Assembly: GCA_013372975.1 (NCBI GenBank)
Contig: JABXIS010000044.1
Location: 40,959 to 104,958, forward strand
Direction of reading: 5' to 3'
DNA length: 64,000 nucleotides
Origin: Alphaproteobacteria bacterium
Lineage (GTDB): Bacteria > Pseudomonadota > Alphaproteobacteria > Sphingomonadales > Kordiimonadaceae
The position numbers were made by a program, and so were the translations under genes. The notes under the pieces are model-generated. The model searched no databases. It was not told the DNA's origin and saw nothing but the letters and a program-made list of their open reading frames with translations. Positions 50,643 to 60,361 of this stretch are shown piece by piece. How positions within the stretch are numbered: the first letter of the stretch is position 1; each line of letters starts with the position of its first letter.

Positions 50643-51533
50643 CTAACCCAATGCTTTCTCAACTGCCCGTGCGAGGCAGTCTGCGGCAAGTGTCCCCACA
50701 ACGGCCATAATCGCCGCCATCTCGCCATCGACTGGTTTCGCGCCGGTTGCCAGTGCGAACACGGTATCACCATCATAAGGCGTGTGGATAGGCCGGATCG
50801 AACGGGCCAACCCGTCCTGCGCCATCATTGCAAGCCGTTTGCATGCTGCCTTGTCAAAATCAAGATTGGTTGCAACCGCTGCAATGGTCGTATTCGCACC
50901 AACCAACCCGAGCTTCGGCAAATCTACGACACCATGTTCGGTTTCTTTCTTGCTTATGACGGATCCGAAACTATTCACGGCTACTATCGCGCCAATCCGA
51001 ATACCGTCATCTGTTTCCAAACTAGCTGAACCGACCCCGCCGGGCACGGCGCCGGCACGGGCGCCAAAACCGGCACCCACGCGTCCCTGTGGTACATCCA
51101 GGGATATTTCGGCCACTGCCCTGCGCCCCAGATCAGCATATGGCGAAATCTCGCCCCAGTTTTTGTCGCCACCATTCATGAGATCAAAAAGGATGGCCGA
51201 GGGCACAACCGGCACCGCGCGCGGGCCCAACGGCAAACCAATACCTTTTTCGCTTAGCGCGGCGGTAACGCCATCGGCTGCTGCCAAGCCAAAAACAGAA
51301 CCACCTGAAAGAACCAAGCCATGAACCCGCTCGACAAGACAAGTGGGGTCCAGTGCTTCGGTATCGCGCGTGCCAGGACCACCGCCCCGCACATCTACTC
51401 CCATCGCTACAGGTGCATCCGGAATAATCACTGTTGTTCCGGTTCGAACGACCTCATCTACAGCGTGCCCGACCTTAAGCCCCCCAACGTCTGCAATTGT
51501 ATCAGCCTTACCTGCGTTTGCTTTCACTTGCAT
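50643..51533 (-). CDS. P1/S58 (DmpA-like) peptidase
   Basis: VDVRGGGPGTRDT, LSGGSVFGL, NTTI and HTPYDGD motifs. Confidence 0.9.
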   Translation of the reverse strand: MQVKANAGKADTIADVGGLKVGHAVDEVVRTGTTVIIPDAPVAMGVDVRGGGPGTRDTEALDPTCLVERVHGLVLSGGSVFGLAAADGVTAALSEKGIGLPLGPRAVPVVPSAILFDLMNGGDKNWGEISPYADLGRRAVAEISLDVPQGRVGAGFGARAGAVPGGVGSASLETDDGIRIGAIVAVNSFGSVISKKETEHGVVDLPKLGLVGANTTIAAVATNLDFDKAACKRLAMMAQDGLARSIRPIHTPYDGDTVFALATGAKPVDGEMAAIMAVVGTLAADCLARAVEKALG

Positions 51534-51548
51534 TTCATCGCCCCTGAT

Positions 51549-52949
51549 TTAACCGCTGTTTTCCTCGCCGGGCATACAGATCATAAAGGTTGTGCCGTCC
51601 GTGCTGGTTTCGGCAAGTCCTATCTGGCCGCCATGCGCTAGAACAATGTCACGCGCTGTTGCCAATCCGAGGCCGGTGCCGCCGGCGCGGCTGGATTGAA
51701 ATGCTTTGAAAAGAGTTGGCCTTATTGCTTCGGGAATTCCTGGACCCTTGTCGGATACTTTGATGTGAACAGTGCCATCTGGATCCCTGGAAGCGCTCAC
51801 ACAGATTTCACCTGCCTCACCTTGCACTTCACGGGCGTTGCGACACAAATTCAATAGCACCCGGTGGAACTGTTCTTCATCCACATAAACCGCCAAGTCT
51901 GCATCCATTTTACAATTGAATGTAAACTGATCGTCCTCATCCAGCCCAAGCGATACAGCGACTTCTGTCACCAAATCACCCAGCACAACCCATTTTTTTT
52001 CAGGAATTGGGTCGTCCGCTTTACCGTGCCGGATCGTGCTTTCACACAAGGCAACAGCCCTGCTGACGGAATTCACCAGCCGCCGCGTCACCTTCTGTAC
52101 ACCCGGATGATCAACGCGCTGAAGCGAATCAGAGGCCAGTTGCGCAGTTGCCAAAATATTCCGCAGGTCGTGGTTGATCTTGGCCACCGCCTCGCCAAGG
52201 GCCGCAAGATTGGATTTCTGCTTCAGGTTTTGCCTGAGCTCATCCTGCATACGCACCAACTCGCGCTCCACCAAACCGATCTCATCAGGTCGCCGATTCT
52301 GGCGCCCCGGCGATTGAACAGCTTCCGGTTTTTGCCTGAAAGTTACGATCCGGTCCTTTAACCGGCGCATTGGGCGTACCAGCATCCAATGGAGCGCAAG
52401 ATACACAAGAATGCCAGTAAAGAGCGAAGTGATCAGGGAAAGAACCAGCACATTATTGGAATAGTTCCTGAGTGCCTGATAGAGACCCGATTCGTGCAGC
52501 GTAATCTCGAGCATACGCGTGCCTGGCACCATAGGGTCACCAAGCACACGAATCGCCCTGTTTCCACCTTCTTCCAGCGTGCCGAATGCGTCCATGATCA
52601 ACATTCCCAACGATGGATTGCGCAAATCGAAGGTTGCGGACACTTCCTCGGGCATAACGTTGAAGCCCAGAAGCAGGCTTTTGTCATCGCGCCGCATGAT
52701 AATGGCAATCACGCCAGACTGTGCCAGAAGTCGCTCTTCGAGCTCGGGACTCACCATGTTGCCGGGCGCCGCCTCCAGCGCAAGAGCTGCGATCTGGGCG
52801 TTCTCCAGCCGGGTTTCCAGATAATCCTGCCTAAATGCCGCAATAGACGTAGGATAAATAAGCGCCGAGATCACCATCACAAACAGGAAGGTGAGGACCA
52901 ATAGTCGAGATCGGAGACTCGAAGTCAGTGGTTTATAATGCTCGGGCAT
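51549..52949 (-). CDS. Membrane sensor histidine kinase (HAMP-HisKA-HATPase)
   Basis: INHDLRN H-box; NLCRNA, DKGPGI and GTGLGL motifs. Confidence 0.93.
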   Translation of the reverse strand: MPEHYKPLTSSLRSRLLVLTFLFVMVISALIYPTSIAAFRQDYLETRLENAQIAALALEAAPGNMVSPELEERLLAQSGVIAIIMRRDDKSLLLGFNVMPEEVSATFDLRNPSLGMLIMDAFGTLEEGGNRAIRVLGDPMVPGTRMLEITLHESGLYQALRNYSNNVLVLSLITSLFTGILVYLALHWMLVRPMRRLKDRIVTFRQKPEAVQSPGRQNRRPDEIGLVERELVRMQDELRQNLKQKSNLAALGEAVAKINHDLRNILATAQLASDSLQRVDHPGVQKVTRRLVNSVSRAVALCESTIRHGKADDPIPEKKWVVLGDLVTEVAVSLGLDEDDQFTFNCKMDADLAVYVDEEQFHRVLLNLCRNAREVQGEAGEICVSASRDPDGTVHIKVSDKGPGIPEAIRPTLFKAFQSSRAGGTGLGLATARDIVLAHGGQIGLAETSTDGTTFMICMPGEENSG

Positions 52950-53166
52950 AAACGCTGTTGAATCTTATCCTGCAGAGAAAAGCAAGTAAACTAATAGGCT
53001 TGTTGCTACAGTTTTGCCGAAAGAGCCACCAAACAGCACCACTGTCATCTCTATATATAGGGCCACACTGGCTTTCCCAACAGGAGGATCACGCCAAAAT
53101 ATGGCCAAACACGGTCCAAATATGCTAGAAAGCCCAGACAAGCGCGAAATACTGGCATATGTGCTG

Positions 53167-53195
53167 TTGACTTCACCAAACTTGGCGGTTATACA
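53167..53195 (+). promoter_or_regulatory. Sigma70 promoter of rpmH operon
   Basis: TTGACT-17-TATACA followed by GC-rich discriminator gcgcgc. Confidence 0.7.
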
Positions 53196-53263
53196 GCGCG
53201 CTCGAATTTGAACGCCGGGCCGCGGAAAACCGCAGAGCAAGGCGAATAACTGGAGTAAGTCAA

Positions 53264-53398
53264 GTGAAACGGACCTTTCAACCAAGTGTGCTGGTGCGTA
53301 AACGTCGTCACGGTTTCCGTGCACGTAAAGCTACTGTAGGTGGTCGCGCCGTACTGCGGGCACGCCGTGCTAAAGGCCGGAAGCGCCTGTCGGCGTAA
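53264..53398 (+). CDS. rpmH: 50S ribosomal protein L34 (absent from the ORF track)
   Basis: GTG start; [44 protein letters not shown] (44 aa). Confidence 0.98.
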   Translation: MKRTFQPSVLVRKRRHGFRARKATVGGRAVLRARRAKGRKRLSA

Positions 53399-53438
53399 AG
53401 GTCTTGGGCGCCCTATGGGCACCTTTATCACACATGAT

Positions 53439-53479
53439 GAAAGCTGACCGAGAGATATCCGGTCGGCTTTCGTTGTTTT
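53439..53479 (+). terminator. Terminator between rpmH and rnpA
   Basis: gaaagctgaccg...cggtcggctttc followed by gttgttttt. Confidence 0.7.
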
Positions 53480-53501
53480 TGGACTTGAGTAATTCACGCA
53501 A

Positions 53502-53909
53502 ATGATAGCGACGCAAACATCAACCTCGGCCCCAAAGCTGGCCCGGATCACCAAGCGACCGGACTATCTGGCCGTGGCTGCCACGCGACGCAAATGGGTA
53601 ACACCCAGCTTCATTTTGCAGGCCATGCCTGGCGAGGGTGATTCGGCACCACGCGCCGGCTTTACTGTTTCCAAGAAGGTTGGGAAGGCTGTAATCCGAT
53701 CAAAAGCACGCCGGCGCCTCAAGGAAGCAACACGTGCCATTTTGCCGCAACATGGCTTGCAGGGATGGTCTTATGTGCTGATCGGACGCACCGCCGCCAC
53801 CGACTATAATTTCGAGAAAATGCAGGCCGACCTGAAGTGGGCCCTTGCAAAACTGGCGTCGGGTGCCGATCTAAAGGGCGGAAAACCAAGGCATTCAAAA
53901 GCCAAATAG
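53502..53909 (+). CDS. rnpA: RNase P protein component
   Basis: [25 protein letters not shown]. Confidence 0.96.
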   Translation: MIATQTSTSAPKLARITKRPDYLAVAATRRKWVTPSFILQAMPGEGDSAPRAGFTVSKKVGKAVIRSKARRRLKEATRAILPQHGLQGWSYVLIGRTAATDYNFEKMQADLKWALAKLASGADLKGGKPRHSKAK

Positions 53910-53919
53910 GATACAGGCG

Positions 53920-54294
53920 ATGCATCAGAAAAAGGAGAAGGCTTCCCGAAGCATGAGCCCCCTTGCCCTGATTCTTCATGGCCTTGTCCGGTTCTATCAG
54001 ATTGCTATCTCTCCTTTTCTGGCACCACGGTGCCGGTTCCAGCCCACCTGCAGCAGCTATGCGCTCGAAGCAGTGCGTCTTCATGGTGGACTTAAGGGCG
54101 GATGGCTGGCAATAAAGCGCATCGCCAAATGCCACCCTTGGGGTGGATTCGGTTACGATCCTGTGCCACAAAGCGGACATCCCAGCGATGAACCTGCCGT
54201 GTCAGCGCCGCGTGATCGTGATTATGGGTGTAAAACAAATGAAAAGGCTGGCACCGACCGGCCAGATGACCAGGGTAAGACGTCTCATGGGTGA
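53920..54294 (+). CDS. yidD: Membrane protein insertion efficiency factor YidD
   Basis: [11 protein letters not shown] and CHPWGG.GYDPVP motifs. Confidence 0.96.
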   Translation: MHQKKEKASRSMSPLALILHGLVRFYQIAISPFLAPRCRFQPTCSSYALEAVRLHGGLKGGWLAIKRIAKCHPWGGFGYDPVPQSGHPSDEPAVSAPRDRDYGCKTNEKAGTDRPDDQGKTSHG

Positions 54295-56014
54295 CAATAA
54301 AAATTTTCTGCTGTTCGTTGCAATTTCGATGGCAATTTTGTTTGGCTACAATTTCTTTTATTTGCAGCCGAAACAGGAAGCCTATCAGGCTTATCTGGAC
54401 GAACAGGCAGCGCTTGCCCCTCAGGAAGAAACAGTTGCGCCACGTGAAGCTGCGCCGATTGATGTAGAACGCGCTGAAACAGCAGCTCAGCAATCGCCAG
54501 CCCTTGAAGACGCCGGCAGCGTGGCGATCAGCAACCCTGAGCTGGAAGGTAGCCTGTCGCTTCGCGGAGCCCGCTTTGACGATATCTTGCTGGTTAATCA
54601 CAAGGTAAGCATGGAAGAAGGCGCTGACAAAGTGCGCCTTTTGTCACCAATGGCCAACCCCGACGCCTATTATGTACGGTTTGGCTGGACGGCAAGTGGC
54701 CAGAACGCCGGCTTCGTGCCAACAGCTTCAAGCGCCTGGACTGCAGACAACGATGCATTGGCACCCGGCCAACCAACAACGCTGGCGTGGGACAATGGAG
54801 ATGGTGTGCGCTACCTGATGAAAGTGGAACTGGACGACAAGTTCATGTTCACTGTCACCCAAACGGTGATCAACTCTACTGACGAACCGCTTCAGATGGC
54901 GCCATATGGTATGATCAGCCGCAAGGGTGAGCCAAAGACAGACGGCCTTTATATCCTGCATGAAGGTCCGCTTGGTGTATTCGAAGGCACACTCAAAGAG
55001 GCGACCTATAAAGATCTGGCCGATGACGGCAATTTTGAAGTCAGTTCCACTGGCGGCTGGATGGGCATAACAGACAAATTCTGGATGACCACCCTGATCC
55101 CGGATCAGCAGGCCGAACTGTCCAACGCCCGCATGATGAAAACCAATACCGGCTACCGGGTGGATTATGTTCAGAACTGGCAGTCAGTGCCGGCTGGCGG
55201 CACGCTTGAAACCACCAACCGCTTCTACGCAGGCGCGAAGATTGTTAACACGATCGAAGACTATCAGGCGCAATATGACATCACCCTGTTTGATCGCGCA
55301 ATCGATTGGGGCTGGCTGTGGTTCTTCACCAAACCAATCTTTGCAGGCCTGCACTGGCTATTTGGTCTGACCGGGAACTACGGCATCGCCATTCTTGCTA
55401 TGACAGTCATTCTGAAACTGCTCCTGTTCCCACTCGCGAACAAATCCTATGTATCCATGAGCCACATGAAAGACGCCCAGCCCAAGATCAAGAAGCTGCA
55501 GGAACGCTATAAAGACGACAAGCAGAAACTGCAGCAGGAAATGATGGCGCTTTACCAGAAAGAGAAGATCAACCCGATGGCAGGGTGCCTGCCGATGATC
55601 CCGCAGATCTTCATCTTCTTTGCGCTCTATAAAACGCTGTATGTAACAATCGAGATGCGACATCAGCCATTCTTCGGCTGGATCACAGACCTTTCAGCAC
55701 CTGATCCGCTAACACCGGTGAATCTGTTCGGCCTCATTCCGTGGGACCCACCGCAGATGATTGCGATCGGTGTGCTACCAATCCTGATGGGCGTTACCAT
55801 GTGGCTGCAGCAGAAGCTGAACCCGCAAACCACGATGGACCCTACCCAGCAGAAGGTAATGAGCTTCCTGCCAATTATCTTTACATTTGTGATGGCCGGG
55901 TTCAGCGCGGGCCTCGTGCTATACTGGACATGGAACAACCTACTGTCGATTGCGCAGCAGTCTTTCATCATGAAGCGCGAGCACGCTCGCCGAGAAGCCA
56001 AAGGCAAGGCATAA
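54287..56014 (+). CDS. yidC: Membrane protein insertase YidC
   Basis: [29 protein letters not shown] and [10 protein letters not shown] motifs; start ATG 54287. Confidence 0.98.
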   Translation: MGDNKNFLLFVAISMAILFGYNFFYLQPKQEAYQAYLDEQAALAPQEETVAPREAAPIDVERAETAAQQSPALEDAGSVAISNPELEGSLSLRGARFDDILLVNHKVSMEEGADKVRLLSPMANPDAYYVRFGWTASGQNAGFVPTASSAWTADNDALAPGQPTTLAWDNGDGVRYLMKVELDDKFMFTVTQTVINSTDEPLQMAPYGMISRKGEPKTDGLYILHEGPLGVFEGTLKEATYKDLADDGNFEVSSTGGWMGITDKFWMTTLIPDQQAELSNARMMKTNTGYRVDYVQNWQSVPAGGTLETTNRFYAGAKIVNTIEDYQAQYDITLFDRAIDWGWLWFFTKPIFAGLHWLFGLTGNYGIAILAMTVILKLLLFPLANKSYVSMSHMKDAQPKIKKLQERYKDDKQKLQQEMMALYQKEKINPMAGCLPMIPQIFIFFALYKTLYVTIEMRHQPFFGWITDLSAPDPLTPVNLFGLIPWDPPQMIAIGVLPILMGVTMWLQQKLNPQTTMDPTQQKVMSFLPIIFTFVMAGFSAGLVLYWTWNNLLSIAQQSFIMKREHARREAKGKA

Positions 56015-56015
56015 G

Positions 56016-56669
56016 GTGGAAGAAGAACGCTACACACAAGCAGATCTTGAACGTGGCAGGCTTTTGTTTGCCGGCCACGTTGACTTTGTCATGGGGGCTG
56101 TATCCCTCAAGACATTGCCAAACGCTGACCGCCCAGAGGTAGCGTTTGCTGGCCGGTCCAATGTGGGAAAATCAAGTCTCGTGAATGCGCTAACGGGCCG
56201 GAAAACCCTGGCACGCACATCGAACACTCCTGGCCGTACACAAGAACTGAATTTCTTCGAAATGGGCCAGGAGATGAATACACCCGCCTATTTGGTAGAT
56301 CTGCCCGGTTATGGCTATGCCAAGATCGAACGCAAGAAGGTGAATGCCTGGACACGGCTGGTGAAAGACTATCTGCGCGGCAGGCCGAACCTTCGGCGTG
56401 TGCTTCTCTTGATCGACAGCCGTCATGGCCTCAAGGAAAATGACCGCGAGATCATGAAGATGCTTGATGAAGCTGCCGTGAATTATCAGATCGTGTTAAC
56501 GAAGCTTGATAAGCTCAAGGTTGCTGACCGCGAGAAGATCCTGAAGAAGACACAGGCGGATGCGAAAACGTTCATCGCGTGCCACCCAATTGTAATGGCG
56601 ACCTCGTCCGAAAAAGGCTGGGGCCTTACAGAACTGCGAGCAGAAGTTGGGCAACTAACAGCCTTCTAA
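56016..56669 (+). CDS. engB: GTP-binding protein EngB/YihA
   Basis: GRSNVGKSSL, DLPGYG and TKLDK motifs. Confidence 0.97.
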   Translation: MEEERYTQADLERGRLLFAGHVDFVMGAVSLKTLPNADRPEVAFAGRSNVGKSSLVNALTGRKTLARTSNTPGRTQELNFFEMGQEMNTPAYLVDLPGYGYAKIERKKVNAWTRLVKDYLRGRPNLRRVLLLIDSRHGLKENDREIMKMLDEAAVNYQIVLTKLDKLKVADREKILKKTQADAKTFIACHPIVMATSSEKGWGLTELRAEVGQLTAF

Positions 56670-56680
56670 GCGCCACCCTC

Positions 56681-57025
56681 TCAGGGGGTAGCAAAAGCCG
56701 CCAGCGTCTCTTCCGAAATTTCATTAAACTGATTGAGAAGCCCGTCCAGGTCAGGCAGGGCTTCAGCCTTCGCAGCAAATTCCAGCGCCTGACAGGCATC
56801 ACCTAGCCGCATGGCACCAAAGCTTCGCACTGCGCTTTTCAGTGCATGTGCTTGCACCTCAAGCATTTCAAGGTCACCTGTATTGGCGTGAACTGCCAAC
56901 TTTGACCCTGTGCTCTTTATTTCTGCCTTAAGCGAATCCAATAAAAACGCTGCAGACTCTTTGCCGACTTCTGCGGCCAGCCTGTCTAATACAGGCTTGT
57001 CCACCAGTGGTGTATGACCCCCCAT
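56681..57025 (-). CDS. Stand-alone Hpt-domain protein
   Basis: AHALKSAVRSFGAMRL...CQALE. Confidence 0.85.
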   Translation of the reverse strand: MGGHTPLVDKPVLDRLAAEVGKESAAFLLDSLKAEIKSTGSKLAVHANTGDLEMLEVQAHALKSAVRSFGAMRLGDACQALEFAAKAEALPDLDGLLNQFNEISEETLAAFATP

Positions 57026-57086
57026 AAGATCACTCCTCTCTTGCGCACCAATTGTGCCAGCCTTTTAACGCGTTGCCAAGAAGTCT

Positions 57087-57347
57087 CTATGACTTCGCCG
57101 CGTCAGGATTAGTCAACCGAAAGACTCCCTTCAGTCCCTCCGGCGAAACCACCTTCTTTTTGCGCAGAAAAACGAGCTTGTTTTCATGCCAAAGTTTGAT
57201 CGACTCGGAACGAATTCGAGGCAAATACTTACGCCAATCTTCGTCACCTTCGACTAATGCTTGTGCAATATCCCGCGGGGCGACACTTTTTGTGCCTGCA
57301 ATTTGCTCAAGAATCATCTGCCGCACGTCATCATCAGAACGAGCCAT
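57087..57347 (-). CDS. DUF3253-like small winged-helix protein
   Basis: SVAPRDIAQAL...WRKYLPRIR...KGVFRL. Confidence 0.8.
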   Translation of the reverse strand: MARSDDDVRQMILEQIAGTKSVAPRDIAQALVEGDEDWRKYLPRIRSESIKLWHENKLVFLRKKKVVSPEGLKGVFRLTNPDAAKS

Positions 57348-57446
57348 ATCATTTCCCCTTCTCGGTAAACCTGTCCGCCGCTTTTTCCTTTCCCCTATCG
57401 CCTTTGCGGGCTAGTGTCCCCTGAATTCCAAGCGAGGGAGCCCAGA

Positions 57447-58439
57447 ATGAAAAAAACGTTCAAGGCCGCAGCTGTTATTGCTGCGCTTAGCGTAGCAGCC
57501 TGTAGTGGCGAAAGCGACGAGAAGAAAGAAGCAGATGGCGGCAGCAATACCGCCGCGCAGTCTGAAACACAATCTGAAACACAAACACCTGAACAGAAAG
57601 CAAGTGACACAATGAGTGAAAGAGAGGCGTTCCGCGCTGAAAACCTGGAATATCTTGAGGCTAACAAGGCGAAGGAAGGCGTTATCGTAACCGAAAGCGG
57701 TTTGCAGTATCGTGTGATTGAAAGTGGCGAAGGCAAAAGCCCGTCCGCGGCAGACTATGTTACCGTTCATTATGCTGGCCGCCTGATTGACGGCTCCGAA
57801 TTCGACAGCAGCTACAAGCGTGGCGAGCCCGCTACATTCCCGGCTGGCCGTCTGATTCCGGGCTGGACTGAGGCGCTGCAACTGATGAAAGAAGGCGATA
57901 AATGGGAACTCGCTATTCCTGCTGACATTGGTTACGGCGATTCTGGCGCAGGCGGCGTAATCCCAGGCAATGCGACGCTGGTGTTCGACGTTGAGCTGAT
58001 CGAAGTTCTGACCATGGAACAGGTTCAGCAAAAGGCCGAAGAAATGGCCATGAAGCATAAAACCGAGCAGCTTGCTTTCCTTGAAGAGAACGCAAAAAAA
58101 GACGGCATCACCGTTCTCGAAAGCGGGCTCCAGTACCGTGTGATCGAAGAAGGTACTGGCGCAAGCCCTGAAGAAACGTCAATGGTTACTGTGCACTATG
58201 CCGGCACCATGATTGACGGCACTGAGTTTGACAGCAGCTACAAGCGTGGCGAACCTGCGCAGTTCCCGCTCGATGGTGTTATCAAAGGTTGGACCGAAGG
58301 GGTTCAACTGATGAAAGAAGGGGCGAAATATGAATTCTTCATCCCTTATGACCTGGCGTATGGCGAACGCGGTTCCCGCTCCATCCCACCATTCTCGACC
58401 CTGATTTTCACTGTCGAACTGGTATCGGTAGATAGCTAG
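57447..58439 (+). CDS. Lipoprotein FKBP-type PPIase with two FKBP domains
   Basis: Lipobox VAAC; two copies of SGLQYRVI...VTVHYAG...EFDSSYKRGEP...GWTE. Confidence 0.93.
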   Translation: MKKTFKAAAVIAALSVAACSGESDEKKEADGGSNTAAQSETQSETQTPEQKASDTMSEREAFRAENLEYLEANKAKEGVIVTESGLQYRVIESGEGKSPSAADYVTVHYAGRLIDGSEFDSSYKRGEPATFPAGRLIPGWTEALQLMKEGDKWELAIPADIGYGDSGAGGVIPGNATLVFDVELIEVLTMEQVQQKAEEMAMKHKTEQLAFLEENAKKDGITVLESGLQYRVIEEGTGASPEETSMVTVHYAGTMIDGTEFDSSYKRGEPAQFPLDGVIKGWTEGVQLMKEGAKYEFFIPYDLAYGERGSRSIPPFSTLIFTVELVSVDS

Positions 58440-58642
58440 GACAACAAACAGAGGACGCCATAACAGCGCTCAAGCACATGCTGGAAAAACAGATAAAGCA
58501 GCAAATCCAGCAGGGCCAAGCCGCCGAAGAGGGGCAAAGCGATATATTTGAGCGCTGCCAATATGGCGCCAATCGTTATCCGGGGTGGTGCAATGCGCCA
58601 CCCCATTATTTTTTTTACTGGCTTTTGTCTCGTGAAGAACAT
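58436..58642 (-). CDS. Small membrane protein
   Basis: One long TM; C-terminal CYGVLC. Confidence 0.55.
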   Translation of the reverse strand: MFFTRQKPVKKIMGWRIAPPRITIGAILAALKYIALPLFGGLALLDLLLYLFFQHVLERCYGVLCLLS

Positions 58643-58670
58643 GAAGTGACCTTATCAAGGGGACTGACCC

Positions 58671-59630
58671 TTGCCTAGAGCGACACTGACCACAAACCAG
58701 TTTCTCGATCATCGCCTGTGGGACACTCTGCCTGCAGACAGGCCGATCGCATTGCAGCAACATTGGGCCTACGGCGAAACCCTGAAGGCAATTGGCGCAG
58801 ATGTTTCGCAAACTATATTTGAGATAGAGGGGAAAGCCGTCGCTTTTGCGTTATTGGGACACCGCTCCTTCTACCGTGCGCTTGATGTAACATCGCTGAT
58901 GCGTGGCCCACTATGGGTAACTCCCCCCACCGAAGCGCAACAACAAACGGTGTTTCGTTCCTTAAAAAAGGCCTTCAACCCTTGGAAATGGAAATTCCTG
59001 GCTTTTCAACCCGACTTGCCCGACACCCCCACCGCACAAAAAACTTTGAAAGCCGAAAGCTTCCGACAGATCATGACAGGCCACAGCACTGTCTGGATTG
59101 ACCTGTCTGCCGACGAGGAAGCTTTGCGCGCAAATTTACAGGGTAAGTGGCGCAACCAACTGGTAAAGGCCGAAAAGGCAAACCTAACCATTAGTTTTGG
59201 AGGCAGGAAAGCCCACCAATATTCTTGGCTTCTGGAACAGGAAAAAGCCCAACAGGAAACTCGTGGCTACAGTGCCATTCCTACAGGCTTTGTAAGCCTA
59301 TACGCCGATATTGCACAACGATTCGCACCAGCGAACCAAACCTTGGGTGTTCTTTCTGTCAGTTGCTTACAGGAGCGCGCCAAGGTTGCCGGCGCTATTT
59401 TCTTGTTACATGGCAACAGCGCAACCTACCACTTGGGCTGGTCAGGCGATGCTGGCCGTGCAGTCAACGCCCAGAACAAGGTGTTATGGAGCGGCATGTT
59501 GGCCCTAAAAGAGCGCGGTATCCGTTTTCTGGACCTGGGCGGGATAAATACAGTCGACGGTGCGGGCATTGCCCGTTTCAAATTGGGCTTGGGGGCCAGC
59601 CCAACAACATACGCCGGCACTTGGGTTTAG
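58671..59630 (+). CDS. FemAB/FemX-like double-GNAT protein
   Basis: LQQHWAYG, RGPLW, LQGKWRNQLVKA, LDLGG and FKLGLG motifs; TTG start. Confidence 0.75.
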   Translation: MPRATLTTNQFLDHRLWDTLPADRPIALQQHWAYGETLKAIGADVSQTIFEIEGKAVAFALLGHRSFYRALDVTSLMRGPLWVTPPTEAQQQTVFRSLKKAFNPWKWKFLAFQPDLPDTPTAQKTLKAESFRQIMTGHSTVWIDLSADEEALRANLQGKWRNQLVKAEKANLTISFGGRKAHQYSWLLEQEKAQQETRGYSAIPTGFVSLYADIAQRFAPANQTLGVLSVSCLQERAKVAGAIFLLHGNSATYHLGWSGDAGRAVNAQNKVLWSGMLALKERGIRFLDLGGINTVDGAGIARFKLGLGASPTTYAGTWV

Positions 59631-59641
59631 GTCAGAACGCC

Positions 59642-60238
59642 CTACTCTTTCTTTTCAATGAACTCCTGCTCACCCTGATCAAGAATGATCTCCGTCTCAC
59701 GCACTGTTTCACCTGACTTGCCCAGAACAATCCATACCAGCAGACCAGACAACACCAATATTGCCAGTGCTAAAATCATCAAGATCGACTGGTTTCTTGA
59801 AGGCTCGTAAGTGACAACTTGGTCACGATTTTCCAGCTCACCGACCTGGTTGAAGGTAGGTCCATTCTCTGGCACATCCACGTCCAGTTCACCCACCGGG
59901 GCAATGAGAGCATATCCTCGCTTAGGAATTGTTTTGATAAATTGCGGCGACTTTGCTGTATCCCCCAACGCATGACGCAGCTTGGATATTGCCTGCGTCA
60001 ACGCTTCATCACCTGTATAGGGAAGATTTGAGACTTCTGCCAGCAACAGTTCTCGCGCCACTGGTTCGCCATGGGCTGCGGCAAGGCGCGTTAGCAATCT
60101 GATCAGGCGTGGTTCCAGCCGAATTTCACTGTCATCCGGCCTGATAAGTGCATGGTGTAAACTATCTACCGCCACACTACCGATCTGGAATCTCTTTCCA
60201 TAAAGCCTTGAAAATTCAGCTGTTTCGTTTCTCGTCAA
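59642..60238 (-). CDS. CadC/ToxR-like membrane-anchored winged-helix regulator
   Basis: LEPRLIRLL, ALTQAISKLRHALGD and IKTIPKRGY; single C-terminal TM with short tail. Confidence 0.85.
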   Translation of the reverse strand: MTRNETAEFSRLYGKRFQIGSVAVDSLHHALIRPDDSEIRLEPRLIRLLTRLAAAHGEPVARELLLAEVSNLPYTGDEALTQAISKLRHALGDTAKSPQFIKTIPKRGYALIAPVGELDVDVPENGPTFNQVGELENRDQVVTYEPSRNQSILMILALAILVLSGLLVWIVLGKSGETVRETEIILDQGEQEFIEKKE

Positions 60239-60361
60239 CGTTTCTCAACCTTTTCGTCAGGACAATTCAGCCCAATATTTGGCAAGCAACCTTCAATTAC
60301 GGTGATCCGTAACCCAATGTCAAACAAGCATCAATAATGACCAACACGAAGGCGAGACATA

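Noticed and set aside
51549-52949. Orphan histidine kinase as a novelty
   Set aside because: From recall, a kinase divergent from rpmH-rnpA-yidC is a common alphaproteobacterial arrangement; nothing unusual in its motifs.
53014-53211. 65-aa ORF upstream of rpmH
   Set aside because: Overlaps the rpmH sigma70 promoter; no homology cue.
54143-54286. Extended yidC N-terminus
   Set aside because: Lies within yidD; the YidC-like sequence begins at MGDNKNF (54287).
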